This document shows positions 51,270 through 61,367 of a DNA stretch of 64,000 bases, piece by piece. The first letter of the stretch is position 1, and each line of letters begins with the position of its first letter. The position numbers and the translations under genes are program-made. The notes under the pieces were generated by a model that was given only the letters and a program-made list of their open reading frames with translations, was not told the origin of the DNA and searched no databases. Source of the stretch: Bdellovibrionales bacterium (GTDB lineage Bacteria; Bdellovibrionota; Bdellovibrionia; Bdellovibrionales; UBA1609); NCBI GenBank assembly GCA_965205945.1, contig CBDBIB010000001.1:160001-224000 (forward strand), given 5' to 3'.

Positions 51270-53486
51270 CTAATATTTTATTCTTAAAAGCACTTTAGCA
51301 GTGTCAAAATCAGACAAAATTTTCACTGGCTTTAAGTCTTTAGTATCGTAAGACCAATCATTTTTAGAATACCGACTAATACTCTCTAAACGCCTTACAA
51401 CCCTCATCCAAATAGGTAAAGCTGCAGAAGCCCCTGTAATTTTTAAGCCTTTATTAGTTAAATAAGGCGCTTTGCCAACCCAAACAACATAGGAGTACTC
51501 TGGTGAAACACTAGCAAACCAACCATCTTCATAACTATTTGTAGTTCCAGTCTTACCCCCATAAACACCTTTAAGATTTAAAACCTTTGAGCTTTTTGCA
51601 GTTCCAAGTGTCATAGTGTTTTTCATCATTTCTAAAAGCATACGTTTTGAGGTGGCCATGGGTTTTTTAAAAGCTTTAGGCACTTTACTTAAATAAACAG
51701 TGTTTTGATTACTATCTAAAACTTTTCGTGTGAATTTAGGCTCCTGAGTAAAAACATTCACACTATCAATGCTTAAATTAATATAAGCCCCTAAAAGCTC
51801 TAAAGGAGAAGCCTCAAAAGACCCTAACACTAAGCTTGGAATGATTGGTGAGAATTTTTTAAAGCCATATTTTAAAAGATTCTTATAAATTTTTTTATAG
51901 CCAAATGCAGACATTACTCTAACCGTGGGAATATTTATAGATTTTGAAAGTGCTAAATACATTGGTACAGAGTCAGGTTGATCTTTTAATGAATAGTTTT
52001 TAGGGGTCCACGACTGGCCTTCGTATTTATAAGTAAATGCTTTATTTGAAATTTGAGTTACCGGACTAAGAAAGGGGTCTTCTTGCTCAAGTGCTGTAAG
52101 ATAAACAAAAGGTTTTGCTGTAGAGCCTATTTGTCTTTTCCCATATATAGCTGAATTAAAATTTAAACTTTTACTAGATCCGCTAGTTAAAGCAATTATA
52201 GAATTTGTAGAATTATTAGCTACAAGAACACTTCCTTGAAAACCTTTTAATCTTCCTTTTAAATAACTGTCTACGGCAGTCTCCATTTCTTTTTGTGCAA
52301 AAAAATCCATTTCTGTAAAAATTAAAGCCCCATCAGGATTAAGCTCTAATTTTTTTAATTCATTTAACACTGCATCTACATAGTAAGGGGCCTGAACATG
52401 TTTTTTTGATTGAGAAACTTTAATTGAAGGGGTAAAATTTAAAGCTTGAGTCTTTTCACTATGTGAAATTAAATCTAGTTTAAACATACGGTTTAAGATT
52501 TCTTTATGACGAGATTTAGATTTTTTTTGATGTGGACCATAGACACCAGGGCCTTTAACAGCTCCAGTTAATAATACACACTCAGAAAGATTTAAATCGG
52601 AAACATCTTTTCCAAAATAATGTTGAGCAGCCTCTTGAATACCATGAATAGCATAAGGCCCACTCTGCCCCCAATAAATATAGTTAAGATAGGACTCAAG
52701 TATTTGATCTTTGCTTAAAATAAACTCTAATAAAACAGACAACCATGCTTCACGGATTTTTCTTCGAAGAGTTTTCTTGCTTGTTAGAAATTTATTTTTA
52801 ATAAGCTGCTGTGTTAAGGTACTCCCACCTTGACTAAAACGACCAGTTTTAAGGTTTGTTATAACCGCTCTTAGAATCCCTCGTAGGCTTACACCCTTAT
52901 GTTTTAAAAAACGATCATCTTCAACAGCAAGAATCCCATCAAGGCAGTAGCGAGGTATATGAGAAAGTTTCACATGGGTTCTTAAAATATGCTTACCTTG
53001 CGACATTTGAGCAAATAATATTGGAGGAGCAAGAAACTCATCTACAACAATAGCCTTATTACCTCTAATTTTAGATATTTTAAGAATTTTAGATGAGGAA
53101 TTTTCAATTAAAATCTCTTCACCACCTTTGTTTACAATAAGAAAACAAGTTTGCGTATCAGCAAGAGTATTTTTTCTTAAACGCTGACTGCAAAGGTTCT
53201 CAGGTAAGAATGTAAACTCTTGACGGTCTAAAGACTGATTCGGGCCTCGCTCTTTAAGACCTGATTGAACTAAATAAGAGGCTAAAAAACTTGCACTAAT
53301 AACTTGCATTTTTTTAAATGAAAGAGGGGCTGTGTAGAACCTAGTTGGAGGATCAAACCAGCCAATTGATGTTGATTTTTTAAGCTCAATAATTTCAACA
53401 CTGGCCCAAAACAAAAAAGTACTCGTGAAAACTAAAAAAAATACTAGAAATAACTTTAAGCGCTGTTTTAAAGACTTTCTTGACAT
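51270..53486 (-). CDS. mrcB: Class A penicillin-binding protein (PBP1b-like)
   Basis: EDDRF..H.G, GGSTLTQQL.K, RKIRE; STAK (SxxK), SIN, KTG. Confidence 0.85.
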   Translation of the reverse strand: MSRKSLKQRLKLFLVFFLVFTSTFLFWASVEIIELKKSTSIGWFDPPTRFYTAPLSFKKMQVISASFLASYLVQSGLKERGPNQSLDRQEFTFLPENLCSQRLRKNTLADTQTCFLIVNKGGEEILIENSSSKILKISKIRGNKAIVVDEFLAPPILFAQMSQGKHILRTHVKLSHIPRYCLDGILAVEDDRFLKHKGVSLRGILRAVITNLKTGRFSQGGSTLTQQLIKNKFLTSKKTLRRKIREAWLSVLLEFILSKDQILESYLNYIYWGQSGPYAIHGIQEAAQHYFGKDVSDLNLSECVLLTGAVKGPGVYGPHQKKSKSRHKEILNRMFKLDLISHSEKTQALNFTPSIKVSQSKKHVQAPYYVDAVLNELKKLELNPDGALIFTEMDFFAQKEMETAVDSYLKGRLKGFQGSVLVANNSTNSIIALTSGSSKSLNFNSAIYGKRQIGSTAKPFVYLTALEQEDPFLSPVTQISNKAFTYKYEGQSWTPKNYSLKDQPDSVPMYLALSKSINIPTVRVMSAFGYKKIYKNLLKYGFKKFSPIIPSLVLGSFEASPLELLGAYINLSIDSVNVFTQEPKFTRKVLDSNQNTVYLSKVPKAFKKPMATSKRMLLEMMKNTMTLGTAKSSKVLNLKGVYGGKTGTTNSYEDGWFASVSPEYSYVVWVGKAPYLTNKGLKITGASAALPIWMRVVRRLESISRYSKNDWSYDTKDLKPVKILSDFDTAKVLLRIKY

Positions 53487-53516
53487 ATTTTTTAACCCTT
53501 CGTTTAGTTAAAAGCT

Positions 53517-53795
53517 ATGAAACTATCTCCCAACCAAATGAATAAAATAGCAGTTGAGGTTTTTAAAGCTCTCTGTGATGTTGATAACATAACCATTAAT
53601 GCTAGCAAAGAAAAGTTTAAATCAGTTATTATGCAGGTCTTAAAACAAAATATAGAAGAAGAAAGAAATCTAGATCAGGCTGTAAACGCTATGATGGACA
53701 CACTTGAACAACAGAATCCAAATTCTTTTGAGCGCTATAAAATGTTTCCACTTTTAAAAAAGAAACTGGCTAAACAACGTGGTTTTATACTTTAA
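53517..53795 (+). CDS. DUF507-family protein
   Basis: MKLS..Q..KIA, E..LD..V, MF.LLKKKLA..RGFIL. Confidence 0.75.
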   Translation: MKLSPNQMNKIAVEVFKALCDVDNITINASKEKFKSVIMQVLKQNIEEERNLDQAVNAMMDTLEQQNPNSFERYKMFPLLKKKLAKQRGFIL

Positions 53796-53819
53796 AATTA
53801 AATATAAAGGAAAAATAAA

Positions 53820-54089
53820 ATGATATCAGAAAATAGAGCCAGTCATTTAGCTCATATCATTAGAGAAGCTTTAAAGAAAAAAGATCTAGTTACAAACGCA
53901 GATGAATTACAGCTTTTAAAACAAGTAAAAATTGGAATGAATAAATTTATTAAAATACATGACCAAGTGGATTCATTAGCAAGGGCACAACTTACAAACC
54001 AAAAGCAAAATATTGATGAAGGCTCTATGGAATGGGAAGTTCTTTACGGCAGATTTTACGAACAAGAACTAAAAAGAAAGGGGCTTTAA
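53820..54089 (+). CDS. DUF507-family protein (second paralog)
   Basis: ISENRASHLAH.I, EGS.EWEVLY..FYEQEL.RKG. Confidence 0.75.
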   Translation: MISENRASHLAHIIREALKKKDLVTNADELQLLKQVKIGMNKFIKIHDQVDSLARAQLTNQKQNIDEGSMEWEVLYGRFYEQELKRKGL

Positions 54090-54090
54090 A

Positions 54091-55491
54091 ATGAGAAGTC
54101 TTAAAAAACTACTTTTAGTACTTTTTTTATTGCCAATAAAGGCTCACTCTTTTGACTTTTATTGGGAAGGCAATTATAAGGCTGAAGGAAACTACTTAAA
54201 TGGAGTAGACCTTGGTAACTCTACAGGTGGAACTAAGGCATATATTAACCATCACCTTTTTTTACAACCTGAAATTATTCTGTTTGAAGGGCTAAGTATT
54301 CACGCAGCTTTAGACGCCATAAATGGAGTAAACTCAACACCCCCCTCCTCAAGAATAGGACAAACTCTTGGCGATACATTTTCATTAAGTAAAGATGCTC
54401 ACTTATCAGATGTTTCAGAACCTTTTTTACAAAGACAAATTCAAAAACCTAGTGGAGTTAATGTAAATGAAGCGTATTTAAAATATTCTCATACAAATGG
54501 TGAGCTAAGACTTGGTAGGCAGCCTTTAGAGTTTGGCTACGGAGCCTTCTACAATGCAGGCTACAATGTTTTTGACCATTGGCTCACCAACAGAGACGGT
54601 ATTTCTTATAATTTTAATATGGGATCACTAAGATTTACTCCAATGCTTAACTTTATGACTTCTGCTATAAGAGCTGGAACACAAACTACAGAATTTGGCT
54701 TAAAATTTAATTTTAAAGTTAAAGATACAGGTCTAGATCTAGGTTTTATGTATTTACAAAGACATATTTCCTCTGCACAAAATGCTTTAAACCCTATTCA
54801 AGGTGTTACTGGAGCTGCAGCACCAAAAACATATAGTATTTTTTATAACAGACAGAAAAAAAATATTCGATATGGATTTGAAGCTCTTTTCCAAAATGGA
54901 AAAGTTGGAAACGGTGTATCTTTAAAAGGTTTTGGTTTTGCCGGAGAAATGGAATGGAGTATAAAGAATTGGAAGTTTTTAAATAAATTTGGTTATGCTC
55001 AAGGCAATGACCCTAATAATACTTCTTTAATTTCTTCAGTTGCAATGCATAGAAACTACAATTTAGGACTGATCCTGTTTAATCATCCTTTAGGGGAATC
55101 AAATTTTGATCTTCTAGGAACTAACATTCGTGGAAGACGCGGAGCTTTATTGTCAACTGATTACAGCTCAGATTTAGTTGTAGATACACAGAGCATTTCA
55201 AATGCTCTGTATTTAGCTCCTACAGCAAGTTACATATTTAACAATAGGTGGAATTTAAGTTCAACATTTATAATAGCTTGGCTTAATAAAACTCAAGTTT
55301 TAGGAGTAGGAAAAGTCTCTTCATTTTTAGGGTCTGAACTTGATTTAACACTAACACATAACCCCACACAAAATATTACCTGTAAAACAACTTTAGGACT
55401 CTTTATACCAGGAAGTGCTTTTAAGGGCACAGGTTCTTTAAAAACAAACACAAGTTTTGGAGCTACTACAAGTTTAGGCGTCAACTTCTAA
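54091..55491 (+). CDS. Outer-membrane beta-barrel/porin-like protein
   Basis: Signal peptide (AHS), LRLGRQP..FG.G..YN.G, LGSELD, C-terminal Phe. Confidence 0.75.
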   Translation: MRSLKKLLLVLFLLPIKAHSFDFYWEGNYKAEGNYLNGVDLGNSTGGTKAYINHHLFLQPEIILFEGLSIHAALDAINGVNSTPPSSRIGQTLGDTFSLSKDAHLSDVSEPFLQRQIQKPSGVNVNEAYLKYSHTNGELRLGRQPLEFGYGAFYNAGYNVFDHWLTNRDGISYNFNMGSLRFTPMLNFMTSAIRAGTQTTEFGLKFNFKVKDTGLDLGFMYLQRHISSAQNALNPIQGVTGAAAPKTYSIFYNRQKKNIRYGFEALFQNGKVGNGVSLKGFGFAGEMEWSIKNWKFLNKFGYAQGNDPNNTSLISSVAMHRNYNLGLILFNHPLGESNFDLLGTNIRGRRGALLSTDYSSDLVVDTQSISNALYLAPTASYIFNNRWNLSSTFIIAWLNKTQVLGVGKVSSFLGSELDLTLTHNPTQNITCKTTLGLFIPGSAFKGTGSLKTNTSFGATTSLGVNF

Positions 55492-55542
55492 AATCACACC
55501 TATAATCCAACATAAAATATATACACCTAAAAAAAAATCCTT

Positions 55543-55576
55543 AGTGGCTTTAGTTTTAGCTAAAACCACTTTTTTT
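55543..55576 (+). terminator. Intrinsic terminator between convergent genes
   Basis: agtggctttag / ctaaaaccact stem (10 of 11 pairs) followed by a T run. Confidence 0.55.
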
Positions 55577-55584
55577 ATAAAACT

Positions 55585-57120
55585 TTATTCAAGACTCCTT
55601 GATTGATTATAAATCACTTCATCGCCAAGCATTGGTATAGAGCCCTTATGTGGAGCAATTACTCGTGATCGAGCATCTGCTCCAAACTCTAAGCTTTTTG
55701 CCATTTTATTTAATCTTTCATTGGCTTTTCTTGCCACTTCTAGAATTTCATCCTGAGTATTGTTAATCGTAGGTGTTATTACAGAGGTTTTATGGCCCGT
55801 ACCCTTTAAAATCTGATCAACAATATTAATCTTTCCATTGTCTTCTTCTTGAGTTTCCATAGCAAGCTTACTTAACCATTCTTTATAAATAACTATGGAA
55901 TCATTTAAAATGATATTGTTTTGCTTCTGTGCTTGTGCAGTTTCTAATTTTACAACATCTTCTTTTATTTCTTGAATACACAAAGTTTTATTTACTTGTG
56001 AACTACAAGCAAGAACTGCTGAAGCAGCCAAATTCTCAATTTGAAATATATTTTTAATATTCTCATTAGAGTTTTGTAAATTCTTAAATGAACTGTCTGT
56101 GTTAATAGCAGTTAATAAAGCAGTTGACTCTTCAGGACTGCTAGAACCATCAAGTGCGGCTGATAAAAGGGGACGAATATTTTCCATATATAAAATATAT
56201 TGTTCATCGGCTGTGCCTTTCACGGCTCGTCTACTAAAGCAAGAAAGTTTGGTTACTGAATCAAAACTATTTTCTTCATTACTAATCTCATCAAGATCTT
56301 CACTTAGATCAAGAATTTCTTCAATTTTTTCTTGATTAAGGCTCCTAATTTCATGATTACGAACACTAGAACTAAAAGTTGTAATTTTTCTGTCAACATT
56401 AAGGCTTTCTTTTAACTCAATTATAATTTCGTCAAGTGTTTCAGCATTATCAGCAGAAAGTAAACAGTGATTGTTCTTTTTAATAAGATTGTCTGTTTTT
56501 AAAAATATTTTTTTAATTTTATCTTTATCACTTGCATTTATATTAGTTGCAATGTCTGTATCAACAAAAGAAGCCTCTGTGTTATCAAATGATGGAACGT
56601 TTACTTCTAGATCTATAGGCTTTTTGCTATTTAAAGCAACCTTATCCTTAACCTCTGTTTTTAAAAGTTCTTTAATTAAAATTGGAAGTTGCTCACTTAA
56701 CATTTTTTTAGTTTCTGTTTGTATTTTAGGACTTGCTCCAAGAGCAGAAATAGTTCCATCTCCGATTTCAACGTCAGAAACAAGAAATCTATCCTCTCCT
56801 ACTGAAGGATAGACTAAATAAGTTCCTCCTTTTTTAACATATAATTTTACAGCTACGTCCTTAGTTTCTGGAATGAGTTTAAGAGTAAGGATTTTTTCAC
56901 AATTAGATGAACGGTGGGAAGAGCTTATAAACTTTTCTAAAGATAACGTTGAAAATGAACATGTTACTGCTTCTGCTGCAATACCACGATAAGCAGCTTT
57001 AAAAGTAGATACTTTAGACTGAAGATAATTCGTGTTATAAATGCTTATCATATATATATGAAATAAAAAAACACTTAAACAAAAGCTAATTAATATGTGT
57101 CTAATCTTTGCTGCCTGCAT
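55585..57120 (-). CDS. Hypothetical membrane-anchored or exported protein, 511 aa
   Basis: GGGGA RBS, N-terminal TM, Cys pairs, helical/coiled-coil body. Confidence 0.7.
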   Translation of the reverse strand: MQAAKIRHILISFCLSVFLFHIYMISIYNTNYLQSKVSTFKAAYRGIAAEAVTCSFSTLSLEKFISSSHRSSNCEKILTLKLIPETKDVAVKLYVKKGGTYLVYPSVGEDRFLVSDVEIGDGTISALGASPKIQTETKKMLSEQLPILIKELLKTEVKDKVALNSKKPIDLEVNVPSFDNTEASFVDTDIATNINASDKDKIKKIFLKTDNLIKKNNHCLLSADNAETLDEIIIELKESLNVDRKITTFSSSVRNHEIRSLNQEKIEEILDLSEDLDEISNEENSFDSVTKLSCFSRRAVKGTADEQYILYMENIRPLLSAALDGSSSPEESTALLTAINTDSSFKNLQNSNENIKNIFQIENLAASAVLACSSQVNKTLCIQEIKEDVVKLETAQAQKQNNIILNDSIVIYKEWLSKLAMETQEEDNGKINIVDQILKGTGHKTSVITPTINNTQDEILEVARKANERLNKMAKSLEFGADARSRVIAPHKGSIPMLGDEVIYNQSRSLE

Positions 57121-57225
57121 TGAATCCCCCTAAGATATCAACTATAAAGATACTAATCTGTAACATAAGTTATACAATATTTAGGCCAAATCTATTTAGA
57201 GCCTACGAACAATACGGAGGATTTA

Positions 57226-58419
57226 ATGTCTAAAGACTTTACAACTGTATTTAAAGATAATCAGCCTTTAAAGTGGGATTGGTTTAACTGGAAAGAACAG
57301 CTTAAAAACTCCTTAAAAACAAAAGCAGATTTTTTAAAAAGCTTTGATCTTACTCTAGAAGAAAAAAAAGGGTTTACTCAAGGATCTTTGATATTTAATA
57401 TTCAATCTACACCTTACTACATATCACTAGCTCATAAGGACAATCCATTAGACCCTATTAGAAGAATGGTTCTTCCAAGAGCTGAGGAGACTTTAAACTT
57501 AAAGATGACTCAAAATGATCCATTAGGTGAAAATAAAAATAAACCTTGTGAACGAATCATCCATAGGTACTCAGATAGAGTATTGTTTCTTATTACAGAT
57601 TATTGTGGTATTTATTGTAGATACTGTACTCGAAAGTATTTTACAGGTAGAGGAAAGGTATTTCCTAGTAAAAATGAATATCAAGAAGCTTTAGATTACA
57701 TAAAAAAAAATAAAAGAATAAGAGAAGTTATTTTAAGTGGCGGGGACCCTTTAACACTCTCTAACTCTAGACTAGATAAAATTCTAACAGATTTAAATAA
57801 AATAAAACATGTTCAACTTATTCGTGTAGGATCTAGGATGCCGACAGCATGTCCTATGCGTTTAGATGAAGACCTTTTAAAGATTTTTAAAAAAGAAACC
57901 CCAATTGTTTTAATGAGTCATTTTAATCATCATCAAGAAATACCTAAACTTACAAAAACCTACTTAAGAAATTTTGCAGAAGGTGGTGTTCAAATTTTTA
58001 ACCAAATGGTTCTTTTAAACGGAGTAAACAACAGTGCAGCCTTAGTTTATAAACTTTCTAGAGAACTAATTTCTTGTAAAGTATTCCCATACTATATGTT
58101 TCAGTGCGATCCTTCTCCGGGCACTACACACCTACAAACTTCCATTCAAGAATCTTTAAATATTCAAAAAGAGCTCTGGGGACACAGTTCAGGCTTAGCA
58201 ATGCCTACATACTCAATAGATATTCCTTTAGGAGGGGGGAAAACTTATTTGACACCTAATTTTATAGAGTCCTTTAAAGACAATCAGGTTGACTTTAAAG
58301 GGTTTGATGGAGTCAAAGCAGCCTATTTAAACCCTCCTAATGAAAGTAGGATTTCACCATATGTACCGACAGAAATTTTAGAAGACTGGGCTTTAATTCA
58401 AACTTTTAAAGAGGTGTAG
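57226..58419 (+). CDS. KamA-family radical SAM lysine 2,3-aminomutase (EpmB-like candidate)
   Basis: HRY.DRVL, CGIYCRYCTR, SGGDPL, PYYMFQCD, GGGK PLP lysine. Confidence 0.88.
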   Translation: MSKDFTTVFKDNQPLKWDWFNWKEQLKNSLKTKADFLKSFDLTLEEKKGFTQGSLIFNIQSTPYYISLAHKDNPLDPIRRMVLPRAEETLNLKMTQNDPLGENKNKPCERIIHRYSDRVLFLITDYCGIYCRYCTRKYFTGRGKVFPSKNEYQEALDYIKKNKRIREVILSGGDPLTLSNSRLDKILTDLNKIKHVQLIRVGSRMPTACPMRLDEDLLKIFKKETPIVLMSHFNHHQEIPKLTKTYLRNFAEGGVQIFNQMVLLNGVNNSAALVYKLSRELISCKVFPYYMFQCDPSPGTTHLQTSIQESLNIQKELWGHSSGLAMPTYSIDIPLGGGKTYLTPNFIESFKDNQVDFKGFDGVKAAYLNPPNESRISPYVPTEILEDWALIQTFKEV

Positions 58420-60187
58420 ACGGATCTAAATATAAAGAGATTTTTCTATCTGTTTGAACTGTAATAATTTTTTCAACATAAAGCTTTCTAAGTGTATCAA
58501 CGGCTTTAATAGTAAGTGTTCTTGATGAGGGAACTTTATAACTTTTTATAGGAGTTTGCTCTCTAAGCTTTCTTCCATTTATGTAAATAATAGTATTTTT
58601 ATATTTTGTAGTGATATCTAAATAACCAACATTAATTTTTTGTAATGTAAACCCCTCTTTAGTCCCATTTCCACGTGAAATAATTTTCGCTTTATAATTT
58701 AAGAAACCATCTTTTTTCAAACCAATAAAAAACTGATTTTTAGAGGGAACAGCGACCCTTCCAGGGGTAAGCTGCCCTGTATTTTTAGTATTAATATAAA
58801 TTTCAGCCCCCTGTGGATTGCTAGACATAATAATATGGTGCGTGTTTAAATCTGAAACTAAACCAGGCTCTTGAATGGAAGACTGCTTCTTAATATATTC
58901 AACGCTTGTTTTAGAAGGCATAAGTTGAGAGGTTATAAGAGCTATTGCAACAACAAAAATACCAATAATAGCTAAGTTTGCAGGAGCAAACAAATCATTT
59001 TTATTAACCACCTTTACTTTGCTTTTATTTGATTTATTTTTTTTAGGATTTGTTATGCTTGTGTTATTTTCTACACGCAATTTATTAAAATTAAAAGAAA
59101 CTTCTTTTTTATCTTTAGTAGATGTGAAAGGATCAAAATCTTTATGAACGTTCACCTTGGTTTGATCAGAATCTAAATGATTTTTTGAAAAATCAAAAGC
59201 TTTAGATATTTGAGAATATCTAACAAATTTTTTCCTGTTTATAAGAATCTCATCAGCATAAAGACTTTTTATAAAAATAGAAAAATCATGAGATGAAAAA
59301 TCTGGATGAAAACGGTTTAAAAATCTATTTAAATCTTTATAAAATTCAGCACAAGTTTGGTACCTACTAGTAACATCTTTAGCAAGTGCTCTATTTACGA
59401 TGAGCTCTAATTCTTTAGGGATTTTTGAATTTATCTTTGAAATAGGAGGTATTTTACTCTCGCGTATTTTTTTAAGGGTATTCATTTCAGAGGAAGATAT
59501 AAATAGTCTTTTATTTGTAAGAGCTTCCCACAAAACAATTCCTAAAGAATACACATCTGTTCTTGAATCAATTTTTTCACCAGAAGCTTGTTCAGGGGAC
59601 ATATAAGAAAATTTACCTTTTAGAGTTCCAGCTTTAGTCTCTTCCTTTTTCCCCTCAGTCTTAGCAATACCAAAATCAACCACTTTAATTTCGCCTTCAA
59701 AACTCACCATGATATTTTGTGGACTTATATCTCTATGAATTATATTTAGTGGTTTTCCGCTGGAATCATCAAGACGTCTATGAGCATTATCAAGGCCAGA
59801 AGCGATTTCTTTAATTATATAAACAGCCTGATCTACACTAAAGCCAAAACGCTGTTCTTTTTCAAACCTTGAAAGAATTTGTCGAAGGTTTTTTCCCTCA
59901 ATAAGCTCCATAACAATAAAAAACTGCCCTTTCTCTATACCAAACTCATAAATCCTTGCAATGTTTGAATGAGAAAGATTAACACAGATTTTAGCTTCTT
60001 CAGTAAACATACTAATAAACTCTTTATTTGAAGAGTATTGAGGAAGAATTCGTTTCATTGCTAAAAATTTACCAATACCTTGAATACTAGAAGTTTTAGC
60101 TAAAAAAATTTCAGCCATTCCACCCGTTGCAAGTTTTTCTAGTAATAGATATTTTCCGAAAAGCTCTGGTTTTTTTTCTGTTCCCAT
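58406..60187 (-). CDS. Hanks-type Ser/Thr protein kinase with TM and extracytoplasmic PEGA domain(s)
   Basis: GGMAEIF, HRDISPQN, DFGIAK, YMSPEQ; TM; S.PQGAEIYIN...G..TP. Confidence 0.92.
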   Translation of the reverse strand: MGTEKKPELFGKYLLLEKLATGGMAEIFLAKTSSIQGIGKFLAMKRILPQYSSNKEFISMFTEEAKICVNLSHSNIARIYEFGIEKGQFFIVMELIEGKNLRQILSRFEKEQRFGFSVDQAVYIIKEIASGLDNAHRRLDDSSGKPLNIIHRDISPQNIMVSFEGEIKVVDFGIAKTEGKKEETKAGTLKGKFSYMSPEQASGEKIDSRTDVYSLGIVLWEALTNKRLFISSSEMNTLKKIRESKIPPISKINSKIPKELELIVNRALAKDVTSRYQTCAEFYKDLNRFLNRFHPDFSSHDFSIFIKSLYADEILINRKKFVRYSQISKAFDFSKNHLDSDQTKVNVHKDFDPFTSTKDKKEVSFNFNKLRVENNTSITNPKKNKSNKSKVKVVNKNDLFAPANLAIIGIFVVAIALITSQLMPSKTSVEYIKKQSSIQEPGLVSDLNTHHIIMSSNPQGAEIYINTKNTGQLTPGRVAVPSKNQFFIGLKKDGFLNYKAKIISRGNGTKEGFTLQKINVGYLDITTKYKNTIIYINGRKLREQTPIKSYKVPSSRTLTIKAVDTLRKLYVEKIITVQTDRKISLYLDPSTPL

Positions 60188-60197
60188 TCTACAAAGC

Positions 60198-60225
60198 TAA
60201 TCGGGAGGAAGTAGGAGAAGCTTTA
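60198..60225 (-). promoter_or_regulatory. Putative sigma28 (FliA) promoter of the kinase
   Basis: TAAAG-N15-CCCGATTA, 10 nt before the ATG. Confidence 0.5.
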
Positions 60226-60258
60226 CATGTTTAACCTAGAAGACTAGACTGTCAGCGT

Positions 60259-60834
60259 ATGAAATGGATTGGAATAACAGGTGGGGTCGGTTGTGGAAAA
60301 TCAACAGCCTTAAAAAATTTTCAAAAACTAGGCTTTAGTGTTATCTCAGCTGATACGATTGTTCACTCTTTATATGAAAAAGAAGCCTTTGTGTTAAAAG
60401 TCTGTGAAGCTTTAAATATAAAAAAAACAGAATTTTCTTTATCAAAAGTTTCAGAAAAAATTTTTTCTAATAACAAACTCTTACAATTATTAGAAAGTAT
60501 TGTTCATCCAAAAGTACGTTTAGAAGTTGAGAAAAAACGCAAAGAATTTCAGAAAAAAAATGTACCTTTAAGCTTCTATGAAGTTCCATTATTATTTGAA
60601 AACAAAATGGAAAAAGATTTTGATTATATAATCTGTATAGGAGTTTTTAATGAAATCCAATTAAAACGCATTCAAAAAAGAAACCCATCTTGGACAAATA
60701 AAGAAATTCAAGCTAGAATTGCAACTCAACTTCCTTTAAGTGAGAAAGCTAAAAAAGCGGACTTTTATATTGATAACTCTGGTTCTTTAGAGTCATTAAA
60801 CAAGGCTTGTACAAATCTATTAAGTAAGCTTTAA
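60259..60834 (+). CDS. coaE: Dephospho-CoA kinase
   Basis: IGITGGVGCGKST, AD.IVH, LE.IVHP.V, EVPLLFE. Confidence 0.95.
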   Translation: MKWIGITGGVGCGKSTALKNFQKLGFSVISADTIVHSLYEKEAFVLKVCEALNIKKTEFSLSKVSEKIFSNNKLLQLLESIVHPKVRLEVEKKRKEFQKKNVPLSFYEVPLLFENKMEKDFDYIICIGVFNEIQLKRIQKRNPSWTNKEIQARIATQLPLSEKAKKADFYIDNSGSLESLNKACTNLLSKL

Positions 60835-61169
60835 ACTGCTTAAATGTAGAAACACCATTGCTAAAATAATCTAAATTACTAAACTCAACTATGTTAGTAG
60901 ATTAAGTGATTAAAAATCCTTTAATTAAGGTTGCATTTAATAAAATTGTAACATCTTAAGCTCTTTTAAATGAACCTTTATTAACTAGTGTTTAAAAAAA
61001 TATTTATGAAAATATCAAGTATATTTAAAATTAACGCTTGGCCTTAAGAATATAATTTTTAAAAGTATTCTTTTAAGAAAAGTTTGTAAAAATAATGCCT
61101 GTTTATTAAAAGTAACTTTATTATATTAAAAAAAGTAGCGCCATTGATTTAAAAATAGCAAAGAGCCTT

Positions 61170-61196
61170 TAAAGTTTCATCAAACTAGTCCGAAAA
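61170..61196 (+). promoter_or_regulatory. Putative sigma28 (FliA) promoter upstream of endonuclease I
   Basis: TAAAGTTT-N11-TCCGAAAA. Confidence 0.55.
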
Positions 61197-61367
61197 AGAC
61201 TCTAAATAAGGCATACTTTCTAAGTTTAAAATCAAAAAACTCAAATTGACAGGACTTTAGTCATATTAATTATCAATTAAATTAAGAATGATCCTTAAGA
61301 GTACACAAAAAAATTTACAAATGCTTAGTCCCTATGTCATACTTTTAAGTATGATTTACTAAGGAGA

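Noticed and set aside
1802..59606. Many short antisense ORFs in the track (e.g. 1802, 9604, 12389, 19309, 20696, 27760, 28225, 56471, 59400)
   Set aside because: They lie opposite well-supported genes and show no independent coding signal
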